Source of the DNA: Bigelowiella natans CCMP2755
Lineage: Eukaryota; Protista; Cercozoa
DNA: 33,439 bases
Direction: 5' to 3'
Assembly: GCA_000320545.1 (NCBI GenBank)
Contig: ADNK01001022.1
Coordinates: 1-33,439 of the forward strand
Shown here: piece by piece, positions 10,286 through 23,850 of the stretch
Position numbering within the stretch: the first letter of the stretch is position 1
Layout of the letters: each line of letters starts with the position of its first letter
Translations under genes and position numbers: made by a program
The notes under the pieces: model-generated
Told to the model about the DNA's origin: nothing
The model's input: only the letters and a program-made list of their open reading frames with translations
Databases searched by the model: none

Positions 10286-10793
10286 AAATTATTATCACTT
10301 AAAAATGAAGACACATTTCAACACCTTCTCCAACTACGGTTTAGTAAGATATGTATTACATCGTACTGTCAAGCGAATTTCCTCATCCTGACGCCACAGC
10401 ATAGAAAGAAGAAGGAGAAGAACAACAACAACAACAAAAAGAAGAAGAAAACAACAAAAGATGAAGACGATCAGAAAACGACCGTGTTCATAATCTTCAG
10501 GATTTGAGTGATGGGTACGCTAAAGATTTGGAACCTGATTTGCTAGGCCGTCGTAGTACCATAAGTCGAATAAGTTGGAATCATTGATTAGCTTCGGAGA
10601 AAATAGCATAGAATAGTGACTTTCACTATAAACGATCCATATTGGATATCTGCAAGTAGCAACAACAACAATAGCCGCCATTAGATGATGACTGTCGGAA
10701 CATACTGGAGAATTCACCTGGGTGACTTTAGAGTCTTTCCCACTTCCACGTACTGATGATAACACGTTGATATATGTGTATGTATGTGTGTGG

Positions 10794-10836
<43 letters not shown>

Positions 10837-11254
10837 CACCAAACCCGTCATCATCAACAACAATCATCGTCTTGTATAACGTTGACCTTGAAATGCTCAA
10901 GAAGAGATAGAAGCCCTACGCAAGACTCTCCCTCCACTCCTCGAAGAATCTAACCAAAAAGTATATTCCGGTACGTAATTTTATAGTGGCTTTTATCGCG
11001 TTTCTCTTCCAAATGCGCGGTGTTTTTGTGCGCACGTGCAAGCAAATCGCTGAGGCGACATACTGCTAAGGGATACTATGAGTGACACCTTTCCAGCGAA
11101 CTCGCACTCTCCTGAGTGTACCTATTCAAAATACGCATACGCAAAGTAAATCAATAGCTTCTACCTAAGAAAAGTGGAAAGGGGGGCGGTAGAGAAGAAA
11201 GATAGGTCAGTAGTAGCAATACCGCAGGAAACAGATACCGAACACTTCATCTTA

Positions 11255-11298
<44 letters not shown>

Positions 11299-11353
11299 AC
11301 TCTCTTTCTCTCACTCTTGCACTGCCCTCTCTCTGTCTTCAACATGAACATGT

Positions 11354-11395
<42 letters not shown>

Positions 11396-11839
11396 ATAGT
11401 TCTTGATGTAGGTGTTGCTTGGATATACATGTGACACTGCCTTCCCTAATGTACACAGATTGACGAGCTCCTGTGTTATTCGTTCGATGCATGATGAAGT
11501 TAATTTCTTGGCAACACCCAAAAAGACAACAAAAAAGGAAAGTAATAGCGAACAAAGCGCACCCTTATCGCAGCCATCACACACTAAACATCCTTCAGGT
11601 CAATACACACATGGCAGGCCATACATCTTGGCATCTAGAGAGGGGGGGGGGGAGGGGGGGGGGAGATAAATAAGTATACTTATGCCAACTGACAAACCTG
11701 TGCGCAATATCCATAATCAACTATAAGCCGATTTGAAGTCTCGTCCATTTCTTTGCGACATTCTTCGATTCCGTGCGACAGCTTCAGTAAGAGGTGTGGT
11801 AGTAATAGTAGTAGTAGTAGTAGTAGTAGTAGTGCCAGC

Positions 11840-11873
<34 letters not shown>

Positions 11874-12932
11874 AACAAGGAGAAAAAGCAAACATGAGCA
11901 ACATACCAGGAGCAAGACGAGAATAGGCATACTACTACTGATCTGCTGTTCTGATCTTACTACATACCATGATGGAATAGACAAGGAAGCACACTCCAGG
12001 ACCTGTTTCCTTCTGTTTGGACGGATGGTGATGATTATTCTCGGTGGGGGGTGGGGAATGATGAGGTATTGGAGAAAACTCAAAAATCATCCTCAGGAAG
12101 ACAATGATAATGCCCTTCCTCTGCTGCATGCATGCATGTATACGATTTTGATGACGTGGCAAAGTAGTTGTCTTTACCTGGAAACTGTGTAGGTTGGCTG
12201 CGATGAAGTCCCTCGTAGACGATCTTGATGTGAATGTAGCGGAGTAGGGCTGTGTAAGAGCACATAGGGGAGGGGGGGAGGGGGGGAGGGTTAATGAGGA
12301 TTAAGAGGAGGAGGAGAGTATATTGGAGAAAGAGAGACAGAGAGAGAAAGGGGAAAAAGAGAAAGAAGTCGCTTTCCTCCTCATACCAAAATCCAAATCA
12401 AGATGACACGTTTGATAGATCACAGAAACTCGTATCACTCATATTTAAGAGGAGCATACATCTGTGTGTGAATGGTTGCATCCAACTACTATATTGTAAG
12501 GTAATCTCTACCATGTTCAGATCTCTCCCCACGACGACGGTACACTTCCTTTCACTTCCAGCTCTGGCGACCATTATTACATACAACAAAGCTCTTTATA
12601 TTTATTATTATTATTTATATTATTATTAATTATTATTGTTACTATTATTATGATTATTATTCTCTTCAACGGCTTATGTCTCGTCGCATCCCTCACAAGG
12701 TCACGCGTATCACGTGTTACCTCCATAATATCTCTGTCAGCGCGGAAGTCAGCGCCGCGTTTAAGATGGAGCTGTTTGGGCCTGCTCATAGTAGTTCAGA
12801 TAAGATGAAGAATGATCTATCCAACAACCGTGTTTCCTTTCAGCATTTTTTATCGATCACGTTCGGTTACAACCTAGGAATTTCTTCCAGTCACTTTTTG
12901 TCTGAACACACACGCACGCACGCACAGATACC

Positions 12933-12972
<40 letters not shown>

Positions 12973-13243
12973 CAATCTGGATGAAGATAACAGTCACGAT
13001 GATAATGATGATGATTGGAGTTCCTCACCAGCACAGAAGAGGGTGTGTCACAAAAATGGAAAAGCGTCAAGTAAAATATCAATGATGCATCGGCGCGCAT
13101 GCTACTACCTTGTTCGCCTTGCTCTCTGTCTCACTATCGAAAAGTAGGAAGCGCACCTGTGGATGTAATCGCCAGAACAGCAACATTACTTCCACATTCA
13201 GCAATAGTTTATGTGTCATGTTACCAATGTAATGTAGTTTGGA

Positions 13244-13279
<36 letters not shown>

Positions 13280-13973
13280 GTATTTTAAGTTATAAATGAT
13301 GAAAAATATTCCCCCAAAATTAGCGTACATGCCAATCCAACCCTAATGGTGGAGGTGAAAAGTGTGGATTTAAGAGATGCTGTGTGCACAAAAGTACCAT
13401 TTCACACTGTACAGCTGCTAGGACGCCACATGGCCCTCTGAATAATAGATGATCGCAGTAACAATGAGCTAGAGGAGAGGGCGGGGGAAGAGCATGCTTG
13501 GAGCAATTTGCAGCTTTTGCTGATTCATTATTACATGAGAAATGATACATCGAAACTTGGGAACAGCATGCACGTATTGCCATCCCCACCCTTTTCTTTG
13601 CACAAGGCCGAATCCTAAGCTTTCGGCCTAAGATCGGCAGTTAGGAAGTGGGATGATATAGCAGTGTAAAGAAAAGCCTCGGATTAATCATGTTGATGCA
13701 AGATTCTGCGATCTTTGTCGATCAAAACATCTCTCTTTCTCTCTGTCTCTCTCTGTGTGCCGAAATAGCCGCCACCACTACCATCACCAACAACCACCTC
13801 TAATTCTTCAGCCTTCTTAAAATAAAAGCCTTGATACTTCCTGAAGAGAGGAAGGATGGTGAAAATCAGGAAGAGACAAGAGAAGAAGAAAGAGCGCGAG
13901 AGGAGTTGGAAAGAAAGAAATGAGGGATATATTTATGCTGTGTCTCTTATAGAAAGCAACGTGTACACAAAAA

Positions 13974-14012
<39 letters not shown>

Positions 14013-14213
14013 ACACACAAACACACACACAAACACACACACGTACACACCACTCTTCACGAAAGTTTCCTTTAGGAGTTCCAAAGAGCAGAGTCTTCAA
14101 CCTGCTTACCTAAGAAGAGAGAAAATTATAAGAATATTGTATTATATACATGAGGGAGGGAAGGGGGGGATGCAGAAGGGGGCATCGTCGTCGTTTAATC
14201 GAGGAAACAAATA

Positions 14214-14256
<43 letters not shown>

Positions 14257-14640
14257 TCTCACCTTAATGGAGGAGAGGAGCTGACGTGGTACGTTAGTGC
14301 TTGAAGCAGAGGGGATCCCACCTTTTCTATTTGAAGGACCTGGTCAATTCAAAGGAATCGTGTTTTAAGAAGGGCTACGCACGTCGTCTTTAATATCAGC
14401 AAATTGTGGCCATATATTCCCCTTCATTGTGAGCCGTACTCGTTGCAACAAGCATCAGCAACTAAATGAGGGAGAGAGGAAACTACTTACACACCTCTCA
14501 TGTTCAACTTGGTGTCCTCCTTGGGGTGCTTGAACAGCAGCAGCAGCAGTATCAAAACATCAAGTCATCATTCCTTCATCATTCACACATTGATGGATGC
14601 TGCTAGATGTTTCGAAGTCAGAATCAACACACACTGATAC

Positions 14641-14692
<52 letters not shown>

Positions 14693-15503
14693 GGGGAGTG
14701 TTGCTTCTTCCCCACACAAATAAGAATCTTAGAGGCTGCTGTTTCGAAATGCTGTCTCCAGTGCGCAATGTTACTCACACATCATTCACAAACACGCACG
14801 CAGTTGCTCACTCTTCTGTACCATATCGATGATGTCATCATTGTCCATCCCGAGGTCCATATTATCAATCTACAAACAAATGATGCCTTAATAAACAGGT
14901 TGTTGCATCTCAGACCCGCTCATAAGTTCATTCACCACCTCCTCGATGAGCATTTCTTCCTCCTCCCCTTCTTCGCTCCTGCACGCTGATGCATTCTTCT
15001 TCTTTGGGCTGCTGGGTTTCTTCTTCATCATCGATTCTCTCTCTGCTCCCCTCCTCGACCCTGCTGCTCCTCTATCTTCGCCTCCTTTTCTTCTGCTACC
15101 GAACAACCTATTTTGTCCTTCTCTGGAGTTTGGTCTATTGCTGCCGACACCTTTTGTCCGCACAGTCGTCGTCATCGTATTCGTCGTTTTCGTCTCAAGA
15201 GAACTACTTCCGTAAGAAAGGAAATTATTCCGCACTGATGAGTTTTTACTTCGCCCTTCTCCTCCTCCTCTTAGACGCGCTACTGAAGCTGATGATGATG
15301 AATTGGTATTCCTACGAGGGTTGGAAGAAGTAGCTGCTGTGGGTGAAATAGGTGGGGAGGCGGCAGAGGAATTATCGCCGGGTTTCGAAGCTGTCTTTCT
15401 TTGCGAGGATTGAGAAGCTGCTGCTAGAGCTCTCTTCTTTTGTTGGTAGTCAACGAGAGTCTAGGGTAGTAGTAGTAGTGGGATAATAGAGGAGCATAAG
15501 TAC

Positions 15504-15539
<36 letters not shown>

Positions 15540-16511
15540 CAGTAGCAACAAAAAGATGATAACATTCACAGAGGAGATTTTCTCAGTGCGGTGTTCGGTT
15601 GAAGCGGGCAATGTTATCGGCAGGAGGGTGATCTACGGACGATACGCGACATCCTCGAGATGAAACAGTGCATACACATCGATGTACACTCACAGCCTTA
15701 CATGCTGTATGCGTGCGTACTTGTGGACATAATATCTAACCTCAAGAACCGATCTCTTGATGCCTTGTTGTCGCTGCTTTTGAACTAGCTTTAACATACC
15801 CAACTCACGGGAGATGTCCCCGCTGCCCAATACATCCACGGTGTCAAACACGACAAGCACACAATATTGAACTGTAGCAATAATGCAATAATTCACCTGT
15901 TGTCGTTACATTCCAGAAAAGAGCTAAGGGTTTTCTTAAAGTTACTGCGCCGGAGATAATTTCGTATGAGCGCATATGCCGTCTTCGTGGAGCCCTGGTT
16001 CAATTTGTTATTATCCGGCATCGGAGCATTAGATTGCAACGAGGAGCGCATACCCAAGAGTACAAAATCATACCTCAACCGAAAAAGTAGCTTGCTTTGA
16101 AGTCTTTCTTTTCTTTCGGAAGAGTTGTAAGCCTATCAGCACTTCCAACAAAGACACGTTTCCTCCACTAGCCTTAGCTTTCTTTTATCATTCATGGAGT
16201 GCAATGACGATCAGTTAGATAAAGTCTGGGAACATAAAATATAGCCCAATGACCGCTACTACCTTGAAGTGTTTCACAATTCCAAGTGATCGTGCAAGTC
16301 CAGCGCGTGTGCAGCTTTCGGGTTTTTTGCTGCCATATTTTGTGGTAAAGTAAGGAATCGTCGCCACTGCAAAAGTTAAGTTATGCAGATACCCTAGATC
16401 TCGAAGGAGGTGATCATGGCTCGTCTTGAAGTCCTTTTGGAGGAAAAACTCGCGGGTCAAATGCAGAGCTATGCTTCCTGCTGCTGATGCTGGGGATGAG
16501 TCTTCAGACAT
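9924..16511 (-). CDS. MINDY4: MINDY-family (FAM188) deubiquitinase, MINDY4/FAM188B-like
   Basis: About 25 hand-spliced exons give LKTLLFG...EEW|KYQGFYF...LGFGLVQRK|[14 protein letters not shown]|VRFLLF (catalytic Cys motif near 13430), [16 protein letters not shown]|[16 protein letters not shown]|[11 protein letters not shown]|[17 protein letters not shown] (catalytic His), YYDGLANQ|DEEIRLT and DDLVPPLNR|[20 protein letters not shown] (TAG 9924-9926). The LisH-like N-terminus and long disordered linker are as in MINDY4. Confidence 0.9.
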
Positions 16512-17089
16512 AATACGCGCTGAGAAACTCTCCTCCCCGTAGATTTAAATATAGAGTCCCCTGAGGAGGATGAGGATGAGGAGAAAGGGTGGGAAAAGGG
16601 AGCAGAGTTGCTTCGCGTAGCGACGTAACTGCAAGTGAGACTCAATGCAGGGGGAAGGGGATTCGCACAGCTCGTAGTAGCTGTTGAGTTGATCAGTCAT
16701 CTCGGCAACGCACATTTGTTGCTTTTCTAAGTTTGTCGCATCATGAAAACGACAAGGATTTGTAAGGTGGAATAATCGCAGGGGGGATCATCAAAATCGT
16801 AGCAGATACTACAGAAAAAGATGCAAGAGTAGCTCCCAGCTCCCAGTGGCGAAAAGAACGCTGGGTGTAGTTAAAAATCGTAGAATGCAGGTGATTTTCC
16901 CATAGTAAACTGCGAAATCATTGTCGTATGTGCAGTGAGATGTAAACACTGTTTGAAAGCGGGAAGCCCCCAAGCAGCTTTGAGCTCTCAACCTACCAAC
17001 GCAACACGCATAGCCTTGATTGACACAGGACAAGAGACGCAATAACCTTGCTTGGCACAGATTGAGCACGAATTTTATTAGGAGTAAGC

Positions 17090-17894
17090 ATGATGCCAAG
17101 GAGTAATGGACAAAAACGGATACTAAGCCATCCGGTGACTTCAAATCGTCTCACCAAGAAGACAAGACGCAGTAGTTGCAATGCGTCAAGCTCAAGGGGG
17201 GGAAAACGTGGGAAGAGAGATTGTGAAATCAACTGGGAGAAGACGGTTGCTGGAATTCCTATAAAAACAAGTGATCAGTTTGTGAATTTCATTCATGAAA
17301 CCATGAAACTGGAATTGTCGCAATCCTTTTTCGAACAGCTTCAACTCCACAATGTCAGGTATCAAATGCCGAGTCTGCATCTAAAATATCTTTCACTATG
17401 AATATCATCGTTATTGCCATCAGTATAATCATCATCACACCACATTTAGTATTATTATTATTATTATTATCATTATTATTATTATTTTATTACCACTATT
17501 TTCTTCATTTCACACCTTACTAGCTTACTGACTGAGCAGCCTCTTCACAATCTACTCGTTATCAGCACAAACTTCTTCATCTTCCCACTATTTTCTGGTG
17601 ATACTAATTGTTTTAACTATTTTTTGCCAAATGACTAATTTTCTTCAAGAAAATATATGATGGAGGAGCTGAACATTGAAGTAAAATCCCTTAAAGACGG
17701 CTTGAAACAAATCAGAGACGTTGACATTAAGACAGAGATGGAAAATAAAATCTGCAGAGGCCATGTCTTTCTTCATCTCTACGGCCAAGACGGCAAGCTA
17801 GCACAGAAGCCCTTCGGCGAAATTCCTCTGAGGTGGGGAGCATTTGAATTCGCATGCTTCACGTCTTCATCCGTCTGTAGAACGGATACTAAGA

Positions 17895-17972
<78 letters not shown>

Positions 17973-20742
17973 TTATTTATTTATTTTATGTCTTACAAAG
18001 AGCCTGCTCAAGACTAAGATCATTCGAGTTCCCTGTCTGTACATCAGTCCGATAATATATTTTATAAACCTTATGTGGTACTCAGCCTCGATAGCGGCAG
18101 TGCTCTGGACTCTCGTAGCTTCACCGTCTCATTCAGCAAAAGCGGTCTATGGGCCTTTTTTATGACGTTCCTCAACAAGAAATTCAGTGCAATCGGAGGG
18201 GTCCCAATCCAACTTGATGGCTGCCTCAGATTTGGGTGGTGCAAGTCATTATACAACCGTCGCCCCGCCGTTTGTTTTGAAATCTCCTATCACTTTTCAG
18301 TTGCAGCGAGAGTAATTTCCCTTTCAAGATTTGCGTGCGACGACCACCTTCTATGGAGAATAACAGCTCGGTCCACCTCAAAGAAAGGGGGATAGAACAC
18401 AGATTTGGCCACGTGGGAGTCAAATTTGAGATCTCTAAGGCTGAGGACTTGTTGTCGCTCCATTCGTTTTTGGAAAGGTCCAAGTGGCTGCCAGAAGGTA
18501 TATGGAGAGCATGTTGCTTGCTCTTGATGGATTGGAGAAAGCAGGTGGATCCTCCGCTGACCGCCATTGTTCCTGCAAGTTCTACTACTCCCATCAAAGA
18601 AACATCCCGAGTATGTGATCAGCAGCCGCCGCTAACACTTTATTTAACACCCCCACCGTCGACTTTTGCGTCAAGGATTCTATGTTTCTTTTCGAGTTAT
18701 ACAGCATGTCGTGTTATTATCACCATCATCATCATCATCATCATCTTCATCGTCGTCGTCATCATTGTGCAGGTGATACTCCAAGCAGTCCGCGACCGGT
18801 TGAAATTAGTGGATTTTAGGGAGAAGTACTTTGATGGCGCCCGAAAGAAGGAATTTCTAAAGTTGTAACAGATTTTAATACTATGCGTAGAAAGTAGCAG
18901 CGAATCGATATTGCATAACCAAGAGGGCTAATATGTAGGCTTTTTGAAGAGGAGGATGGCGGTGATGAAAGAACAAAATCAGACATCAAGGCGTACTGTC
19001 GCTTCTACGTGAAAACCATGAAGCTTCATCCAAAAATTGACTACGACGTGGAAGGTGGTGCCACTTTGTTAATAATTAAGAGTATACAAGATAAGATCAC
19101 GTGGTTGTGAGATCTGGTTGTTCGGTACGACTCAGGATGCTTTAATGAAGGACAAAGGGAGGAGGAAGGGGAGGAAGAGAAGGAGGAGGAGGTAAAAACC
19201 CAGCTCAAGCCTCCGACTGCTCTCAAACATATGAGCAGTGCTTTGTGCGGCAACGAAAATGATGCAGAGGGTGGGTGTGAGGACGAGGACGAGAAAAAGG
19301 GGGGCGGGGAGAAGGAGCTTCCCAGCAGCAGCAGCAGCAGCAGCAGCAGCTCCAAACGAACCCATCGTCCGCAGTCGTCGCCGCCGCAACAGCAACAACG
19401 TGATCAAAAGAGGGAACGACAAAGAAGACGATCCACAAGACAGAGCTCAGGCAGCTCGAAGATGATCAAGTGCAAAAACATGAAATTCGAGGATGAGGGG
19501 AAGAAGCTTGTTGTCTCGGGGTTTCCTCTCTCGGCCTGGGAGTTGAAACACCCGTCGCTCGGGAAAGTGCAGCATATCAAGATCGAAGCGGACTTGTCTG
19601 GCGAAGAGGAATTCGGTTGCATGGAGACGTTGTTGAGTAAGTTCTATACTGTTAATTCTCGTAACCTCAAAGTCCTAGATCTAAGTTCCACAAAGCTTTC
19701 AAAGATGCCCCCACTTATAAGGTGCGGAAAGCTTGAGGACCTGAATCTCTCGTTCAACAACCTTACTATCATCAATAAAGAGCGTTTGCCAAGGAGCATT
19801 GTAAGTCTCGATGTGTCGGAAAATCGATTGAAATCGTCTAAAGGTCTGCGGATCAACAGCAAGATCAAAATCAGATTTTTCCGCAACCAGCAGCCTGCGA
19901 GTATAGAAATAAAACCTTCTCCTCTTCACGGGCTCGGTGCTTTTACGACAGTGGATCTTCCTGCAGACACGGACCTTGGGGTCATCAAAGGAGATTATAC
20001 CTTTCCTCATCTGTCTGGTGCAGACTCCTTGCACTCATTCTATGTGCTCCGTAAGAAGTGGGCAAGGGTGGAAGGCCAATCGCCCATGTTGAAGGTGGAA
20101 TGCGGGAATCTGCAAGACGCATCGTGGCACCGCTTCATCAACGGCTGCAGGAAAAAAAAGGAAAAGCCTCTCGTCAACGTGCGCGCGCGCCTTTACAAAT
20201 CAAAAAACAGGGGGCGCAAGGAAATTCATGTCTTCACAACTCGAGAAATCGAGGCAGGGACCGAGCTGGTAATGGAGTATGTAAAAGACTACTGGAAGCA
20301 AACGAAAGAAGATGCACTCGGGGATGTATGGGAGGAGATGGATTTCCCAGAGACGGTTAACATGGACCTGTTCAAAAAAAAGAAGGGGGAGAGCAGCCAG
20401 CATATTCTTTACGATATGGATGATAATGAGCCTTATGGCTGGAGGATCTTCGACTTATATCAACCCTCAAAACGAAAGAACAAGGAAAACTGCTGGGAGG
20501 GGAAGTTGAAACAACGCAACACAGGCAAGCCCAGTTCGAATGGCGGGTACAAAGTGGAACGTTTTTTTAAAGTTGGAGAGGATCTTTGCAAAGAAACGTA
20601 TTTTGACAACTGGATTCTGATAAAAGAAAAGGAGGGGAATAAAAGGCAGCAGCAGAGAAATCAGGGCCCGGGGTCATCCGCCATTCCAAATGCAACAAGC
20701 AATTTAAGAGATTCCCCCGCTGAAAGGAAACCAGCAGAATAG
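17090..20742 (+). CDS. Multi-domain protein: unknown N-terminal region + leucine-rich repeats + SET (PR-like) domain; putative lysine methyltransferase
   Basis: A phase-consistent exon chain from ATG 17090 joins a 1.6 kb final exon, 19136-20742. LRRs at ~19666-19870: LKVLDLSSTKLSKMP, LEDLNLSFNNLTII, IVSLDVSENRL. SET at ~19903-20298: IEIKPSPLHGLGAFTTVDLPADTDLG...SWHRFINGCR...NVRA...IHVFTTREIEAGTELVMEYVKDYW. Linkage of the upstream exons is less certain than the last exon. Confidence 0.8.
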
Positions 20743-20759
20743 CTAAGACGTGTGCCAAT

Positions 20760-21505
20760 GTCTAGATACGCATGAGCAAGACATTGTGGTAGAGAAAGGA
20801 TCCCACCCCTGATGTTTGAGATATTTAGCTATTTGCTTACCTTTTGGATTGTACAAAGTAAACCTAGAGATTGCTCTGTGTAGCTGTTTTTGAGGTGTCT
20901 AGGTGTGCTACTTTCGTGCCTCACGTCTAGAAGTAGCCTATGCATTCTGTGAATTTTGGCGACAGCAACATCTTTTAGATCTGGGTATTGCACTCATCGC
21001 ATCTAGCTGCAGTCTTGAAAGTGACAATTGAAAAAATATATACATTGAATTACACCTAGCTAGCTAGTCATAGTCTTGGTAGTGAGACATGCTTGCCAGC
21101 ATGTCTAGCTAGATGTGCAACATGTCATCTAGATGTGCTGGCGCAACGCACACTTTGCTAAGTTTAGCCCTTCCTTGCATGCATCTGCTACATGTCTAGA
21201 GATGTGCAGCACAGTGTCGTAAACAACCACCACAGCGCCAAAACGCTGCTAGGCTGAGCTAGCTGCTAGCTGGGCGCACTTCCACTCATGACTTCTACAA
21301 CACACTCTAGCACTGCATGCTGCGCATAAACGACACCCCAAAACGGATCTAATGAGCATGCTCTAATAAATGCGATCTCGTATGAATGATCTCTAAATCC
21401 TGAGACATGCTAGGGCACACACGCACATTCGGTGACTAGATTCGCATGATCAAGTGTGCAACCGGCAGGCGCAACACTATGGTAACTACTACACAGCTAG
21501 ACAGG
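20760..21505. other. CTAG-rich island in convergent intergenic spacer 3
   Basis: About 19 CTAG by manual count in ~750 bp (cctagctagctag at 21055-21067, catgtctagctagatg at 21100-21115, tgctaggctgagctagctgctagc at 21247-21270). It lies between the stops at 20742 (+) and 21698 (-). Confidence 0.82.
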
Positions 21506-21697
21506 TAGCGACTTATAATTCTACGTAGCGCAGAGAGCAGCCGCATTTGCTGCATGATGGACACGTTATATGAACGTATGACTTAGGATCATGCACAGTA
21601 GCAAGTCAGTGATTCTTAGATTTACAAGTCCCACGAAGTTGAAACTGATTCGCATTACGGATGCCCCTGCAAATGCGGCACTGTACCTTAATTCTTG

Positions 21698-21994
21698 TTA
21701 CGTCGTGAGCGCAAGGACAGCTCCAACAAAAGTCATCACCTGATCAGAGCAAGAATGCTTCAATAAGTTGTTCTAAAAATCTCTATCTCACTGTGATTAC
21801 TTGCTACGATTCTAAGAATTGCACGTGGCTTCGCTTAATAATGTTGCTTGTGCGTTTCGAGAAAAATAAACAATTTTAATCTGTACCATCACCGCCACCA
21901 GCAGCCATAATCATCACCATCAACGTCGTTGTCATCATATTATGGGTAGCTCTGCAGGAGCAACAACAGCTCTCTTCGTTCGGTGTGTGTACAA

Positions 21995-22028
<34 letters not shown>

Positions 22029-22527
22029 CATTTTTGGGTTTCGCTCTGTAATGTCCTCTGGAAGCAGAAAGATAGTTGCCCCCAGCTTGCGTGCCACAGA
22101 AATCGCATATCTTGCATTCAGCAGCCTATCCTCCTTTGTTTTTCCTAGGAATTTAGTAACAGCACAAAAGAGGAAGATAACAGCAAAATCAGGGCATGAC
22201 CCCCACCATTCATTCTTCTCATCGGCGGTCACTTATGAGGAGCGAGTCATCAAATAATACCTTTGGCGCGCGCGTGCACGGACGCATGCATGTATGCTTG
22301 ACTACCATTTTTTTAAAAAACTAACACAGCTCACAGCAACGATGACTGAAGATCTACTAGTACTTCTACTACTACTACCTGGTGTGACGATAGCCCAGTC
22401 TACAGGGTATGGGTCCACAGCCCACAACAGCGCGAATAGATACAACGATGTTGCCAAGTGTTCTGCGATGATGACAACGAGCAGGAGGAGGAGTGGAGGA
22501 AAGGTTAGATAGTTTCGGGATATTATT

Positions 22528-22563
<36 letters not shown>

Positions 22564-23299
22564 GTAATCTCTTGTAAACTTGTTTTGTTCTCCAGTATTC
22601 AGCCTCAGGCCTCTCAGTGAATCAAAGCGTCATCATCATCATCATCATCATTATCATCATCCAAGCTTCCCCGTAGTATTGACTTCATCATCAATATGAT
22701 GACGAAGATGATGATGATGATGATTGGCGCATGATGAATCAAAACGGTAAGTGAGCAACCGTCTCTGAACGTGCGGATGGCAATGTTGCTTTGTGTCCAT
22801 TTGTAGCCTTCAGGACCTGCGCGAGAAGCATAGCACCACACAATCCGCCATAACAAGCGATCATAATTTGGGGTGCGAAATACGAGGAGTTGTTGTTAAC
22901 CGACACAAACGATTCTCATCATGATTCTTCCTCCCGCCGCTGCTGCTTTATATACCGGGAGGATTTTGGTCTGCTGCTATGCGTGCCTTTGCTATCGTCG
23001 TGTTTGCCCACTCGATAATAGCTTCGTCTCCTGAGAATAGGACAAATGAGAGAGAGGGGGGGGGGGGGAATACATGTAGGATACTTTCTTCAAAGAGGAT
23101 GTTGCCTCTCTGCAAAAATCACAAATTTGCGGAGAGGTGCCGCCAACATCCTTGGAAATTCTTCAGAGACCACATTACATACGCTATTCATCACCACCTC
23201 CTTCTAGGACAGTTCTGGCACGTTTTTTCTTCTTTTTCCCAAATTTCGCCGAGAAGAAGCCGCTGCCGCTGCTGCTTCCTTTGAAATGAGATAATAGCA

Positions 23300-23341
<42 letters not shown>

Positions 23342-23627
23342 TTTATTTTCTTTATATATATCGTTAACTCAGCCGCTCTCAGACGCACATAATCGTTTGT
23401 CATTGACATCATAATCGCACCGCACACAGAAGAAACCAGAAGACAGAGCACAAACACACACACACGCACGCACATACACATACGCGTGTTAATGACAATT
23501 CTCACCCTGAGAGCCGTTGCTATTGACACTGCTCCTACGCAGCGATGCTGTTCATTCAATAGTAGTGCAGCAGTGAGAAGGGAATCATTATTCCGTGTGG
23601 TTTGTGGGAAGACGATAGGAAGAACGA

Positions 23628-23670
<43 letters not shown>

Positions 23671-23712
23671 GTGTAATTAATGTCGTGAGGTGCTACTATG
23701 GTACAATACTTC

Positions 23713-23754
<42 letters not shown>

Positions 23755-23808
23755 TTGTACATTCATGATGGGATGCAACACCACACACACACACACACAC
23801 ACACACAC

Positions 23809-23850
<42 letters not shown>

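Noticed and set aside
16605-16632. Imperfect hairpin in the MINDY4/SET divergent spacer as an ncRNA or tRNA
   Set aside because: It is only about 11 bp with a mismatch, with no cloverleaf or recognisable RNA family motif.
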